A stretch of DNA of 64,000 nt from Pomacea canaliculata. Its lineage: Eukaryota. The notes under the pieces were generated by a model. That model was not told the origin of the DNA, did not search any database, and worked only from the letters and a program-made list of their open reading frames with translations. The stretch lies in NCBI RefSeq assembly GCF_003073045.1, contig NC_037594.1, positions 13,237,353-13,301,352 of the forward strand, given 5' to 3'. Position 1 is the first letter of the stretch, and the number at the start of each line of letters is the position of its first letter. Of this stretch, positions 60,280 through 64,000 are shown piece after piece. The position numbers and the translations under genes were made by a program.

Positions 60280-61400
60280 CTGAAGCCGGAACAGCGGTGT
60301 AAGTGGCTTATTACTGGAGTCCTCAACAGGACACATCAGAGGCGTTCCGCGAGCCTCTCGGCCTCGAGTATGTAGACGCTGTACGGAGGCCGGTAATAGA
60401 ATGCATGCTCTTCTAGCAAATCGGTGCACGCTCACGATGCTGCCATAGACATGGCCCGGGGATCTCTGATGTGAGCTGCATGGGCTGGACTGGCCTACCA
60501 GTCACGAAAGCATGGGCCTCTCTTAACGCGAAAATTGCACAACGCCAAGGCGAGATATGCGATAAGCTTGATCCGGGCCCACGGGGAAGGCTGCAGATAA
60601 ATATGTGCTCATTAAATGCTGGCATTAAGGGACATCTAGATGAAATACGACCGCAGAAACCCCGGTGGCTGGCGGGACCATTATTTTTGGGGAGAACTCA
60701 AGGTGTCAAAATTTAATGTCAAAAATCCGCTTTGAAGTCTATCTAATGGAAAGTACACACCGGGGCCTTTCTGAGATACCTCTGATGCGGCGGCAAGTGG
60801 AACGGCACTTAACCACGTCACGTGATTCTAATCGGGTCCTTTGATTGGCTGCCGCGCTAAACGAAAAACGGTAAGTGCTCCCTCTGAGATGCTTTTGACA
60901 GATAAGTCAGTTTGGAGGCGCTCATAATTCAGGCCAGCTCGGAGTGGTGAAGGCAGATTATGAGGAAAATTGTTTTGTCATAATCGCAGTGTAACATTTC
61001 AGCGGAGTCGGGCAGCGGTCGGGGGTAGATGCCATCAGAGTGAAGCACGGGCAGAGTTGTTTGCGGCTGGCGGGCGTCCCGGCCCAGCCGCTTTTGAAGA
61101 CGCGAGGCAAAAACAAGGGGTGGTAAGTCTTTAATGTATGCAAGCAAGCCTTCTTCTCGGCCGACTCGCCACTTGGAGGCTGAAGCGACCATCGTCTCAT
61201 CAGTCTGATTCATGGGCCACCAGCCCCAAGCCGACAGACGTTCAGCACAGGCTACTGCGGGAGGACGGGGACTACCGCAACTGCATGCGTGTGAAAAGGT
61301 GCGCGGGCATGATCGTGGTGAGGGACGGGAGCTGTGTGTGTGTGTGAGGATTGGGGGTTTGGAGGTTGGTATATATGTTGCTGACCACGATACCTTGTAC
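60280..61400. promoter_or_regulatory. CpG island with an inverted CCAAT box (tttgattggctg, about 60841-60852), an E-box / CRE-half cluster (cacgtcacgtgatt, about 60816-60829) and a downstream consensus donor cg|GTAAGT (about 60870): candidate promoter plus non-coding first exon of a plus-strand gene
   Basis: Motifs read directly: ...cttaaccacgtcacgtgattctaatcgggtcctttgattggctgccgcgctaaacgaaaaacggtaagtgctcc. The flanking ORFs 60929-61405(-) and 61212-61691(+) overlap each other and look like GC-content artefacts. Confidence 0.35.
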
Positions 61401-61514
61401 TTCACACAGTACAGAAAGTCATTTATATTATGTCAGAGAATGGAGGGGTCTCAAAAGAAGATAAAGATTTGCACATTTTCAATAATTTGGAACCCATATA
61501 ATCTTCCTTCATTA

Positions 61515-61548
61515 AAACAAAAAAACAAAAAAAAAAAAAAAAAAAAAA
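61515..61548. repeat. A-rich homopolymer (about 22 consecutive A within aaaacaaaaaaacaaaa...a)
   Basis: Direct read at 61515-61548; the (ACA/TACA)n-like stretch acacatacacatacatacactcacacacag follows. Confidence 0.9.
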
Positions 61549-62689
61549 CCAACAACACATACACATACATACACTCACACACAGAAATCTCACATCCAAT
61601 ATACTTTTTAACCAAGAAATATTACGTTATTATAAATATTATATTATTAAGGATTGTAGCAGTCCACAACATATGTTTGATGTTTAGATGATTATCTAGA
61701 GACAAATCACCTTAGTGATGTGACTGTGAAGATAGCCGTCGCTATAGGAATAGCAGTTTGGTGATGTATGTTAATAAACTCTTCTTCAAATCTACATCAA
61801 CATACCTGCGTATGATGAACATCTGTATGAGAGGCTCCCCCACTACAATATTTAATTGAAATTCTGCAGTCACCAGGGACTCCATTAGACCGAAATCTGG
61901 GAGTAGATGGTTTGAAGTATGTCTGTGTAGCATTTTCATACACGACAGGAATCTAAGGCACATGTATGCCTTCGATGTCAGCTTCTAAAACTGCTGCACT
62001 TATGTTTAAAAAAAACGGAATGCCAAATATCGTTGCACATTTTTTTCACGTTTTGTTCTTCGTGTGGCACAGCGTTAGGTGTCAACCGGCTGGCTGAAAG
62101 GACTAACTGAATAACGAAAAAACGAATTCTCAGCTTTAACTATGACGACCAAACCTTCAGGTCTTTCAGGAAATTTGCATAATTGCATAAACGGTGGAGG
62201 GCACATAAAAGTAATTATTCAATTTAAATAGAGAATATTCGGCATAGATGTACATGTAGTGACCAAGGCACATGTAACGATTCTTCAGCCACGAACCGAT
62301 ATGAAAACCATCTATTCTAGACAAGGCATGAAAGCTTCCAACTCACAAGGCTGTTCTCTCATTTTTTCTCTTTGAATGTTTGTTTTGTGATGCCTGTAAA
62401 AGATTCTTTTTTCAACTCTCGTCTGCTAGGGTTTGTAACTTGTGGGGACACAAAGGGTACTCTGTCTTGAGCGCAAATGACGCTATACTCACAATCTGGG
62501 GAGATAACTGCCAAAAACCGCCGACGACATTGGTATTTTCACATCTCTAAAAACCGCAATGTGTACCGGGTGCACTGGCGAACAATGGACCTTTCTCACA
62601 AAAGACGCTTGGGTGAACTCGGGGTTCGTGAGGTTAACAGCCAACTGTGGCGAAGTAACTTCGTTGTTAACGTGAAAGGGGGTTGGGGT

Positions 62690-62900
62690 AGGGGTAGAGG
62701 TTAACTCTCACTCGCCCGTGAAGCATATCTGTCCGAGCTCTTCATCGGGCAAAGCTAACTGGCGGAGGTGACGTCACGGAGGATCAAAGGCAAGGAGACG
62801 TCGCTAGCGAGCGCCAGATACGGCTTTTTTATGGAGGAGATAAATGATGGTGTCCTCGCACTGCCTCCAGGATACAAGGCCTGCAAGGCGGGAGTGGCGC
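62690..62900. promoter_or_regulatory. Small CpG-rich patch with a palindromic CRE (ggtgacgtcacgg, about 62769-62781)
   Basis: ctcgcccgtgaagc...ctggcggaggtgacgtcacggaggatcaaaggcaaggagacgtcgctagcgagcgccagatacgg; followed by T13 at 62934-62951. Confidence 0.25.
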
Positions 62901-64000
62901 GATGAGGGGCTGGTTAAAAGCAGACATTGTTCTACATTTTTTTTTTTTTTACTAATTCTTCATTACAGCATCCCGAGTGATGCAGTATAATGTCTTCATT
63001 GATATTTCGTAAAATCGTGGTAATTATATGACCTGGAAATAACTCATTTTCTAATTCCAAGTGCCTTGTCCCAAGACCAAGAGAGATCAGTTAACAAATT
63101 GTCAGCAGTCCTGGGTATCTTCGCTGCGCTCTTCCACTTTTTATTTTTCTTGTAGCTTTTTAAACCTTGACCAGAAATGTGCACTGCAAGGGTTCAAACC
63201 AAAACACACACACACTTGTAAGTCACAAGAGACGACAACAGAAACCCGTCGTTGTATGCCTGCATGTATCAGACATTTTGTAGCAAGGTGTTTAGTGAGT
63301 CAGGTGTGGAGTGTAACTAGAGAGGATGGCTGGATCACCCCGTGCAAACAGCCAGCTTGCCACGTCATCAGCCCATCGGCATGTCCATGCTTCTTTCTCC
63401 ATTTTGCGTCTGACAGATGACTCCGACTCGCTAGCTTCTCGGTAAAACTCATTTGATCATGTCATATTCCCCATATGTCCGCTGGTGTCTGCATATATCT
63501 TAATCACAGACCAGCCTGGCCTATTGTCTATGTCAGGGCGGCCGCTTTTGTAGTCGTTGCTTAAGGCTAGGGTAGTGCTTGGGCCTCGCTGCGCGCAGTC
63601 TACATCAAAGGCCGAGGGGCCTTTGCTCCACCTGCTTCACAGTTTCATCGTCACATCCCGTCTCGGTCACGGCTTTATGATGGGTCAAGCGTCAACATCA
63701 AAGGCTGTACCTCTCTCTCTTACTCTGTGTGTGTGTGGTGAAGCGAAATAAACCTACAATGCATCTAATGTATATCACCAGCCAATTCACTTCAGAGCTC
63801 GATGTAACTGCATGCCATATTTCCAAACACTCTTTGGAGAATGGTAAGTGGTAAGAAAAAACTCGCCCTTATCTTCTGAAACAACTGCGATGTCATTTGG
63901 ACAACATGTGTCAGCTGAAATACTTCTATTATATGTATCAGAGTAACCGTCAGGCATTGCCACTTAGCTAGCACGACTGTGAATCTGGTCCATAGTGGTT

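Noticed and set aside
60929-61691. ORFs of 158 aa (60929-61405, minus) and 159 aa (61212-61691, plus)
   Set aside because: They overlap each other on opposite strands inside a CpG island, have no recognisable domains, and run into A-rich low complexity; typical GC-content ORF artefacts.
1-64000. Checks for CRISPR arrays, prokaryotic operons, rRNA / snRNA (U1, U2, U6, 5S) and tRNA genes
   Set aside because: No direct-repeat/spacer periodicity, no snRNA or 5S signature strings, and no convincing tRNA A/B-box pair outside the SINEs. The window is spliced eukaryotic DNA.

Overview
This window is eukaryotic (metazoan, probably invertebrate) nuclear DNA. It contains two multi-exon protein-coding genes arranged tail-to-tail, followed by a gene-poor stretch with CpG-rich, promoter-like islands. 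All exon and repeat calls below were made by eye, by comparing exon translations with remembered human sequences; no database search was run.

(1) Plus strand, about 1.3-13.4 kb: the 3' two-thirds of a PUF60 orthologue (poly(U)-binding splicing factor 60; RRM1, RRM2, C-terminal UHM). Ten coding exons were resolved, with stop codon at 13418-13420.

(2) Minus strand, 18.2-47.2 kb: a complete-looking TEP1 orthologue (telomerase/vault-associated protein 1) with more than 45 exons. Its start codon is at 47181-47179 and its stop codon at 18240-18238. Exon translations match human TEP1 block by block, in order: TROVE region, a vWA-like region, DUF4062, NACHT (Walker A GKSGSGKS), then a long WD40 array.

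TEP1 introns and flanks carry several interspersed repeats visible directly in the sequence: a roughly 165-bp tRNA-derived SINE in three copies, a MITE-like family with a foldback structure, two minisatellites, and a degraded LINE reverse-transcriptase fragment upstream of TEP1. The region 49-64 kb has three CpG-rich islands with CRE, NRF1, CCAAT and E-box motifs, but no gene I can identify with confidence.

There is no CRISPR array or other prokaryotic-style system here. The most system-like element is the TEP1 DUF4062-NACHT STAND module.
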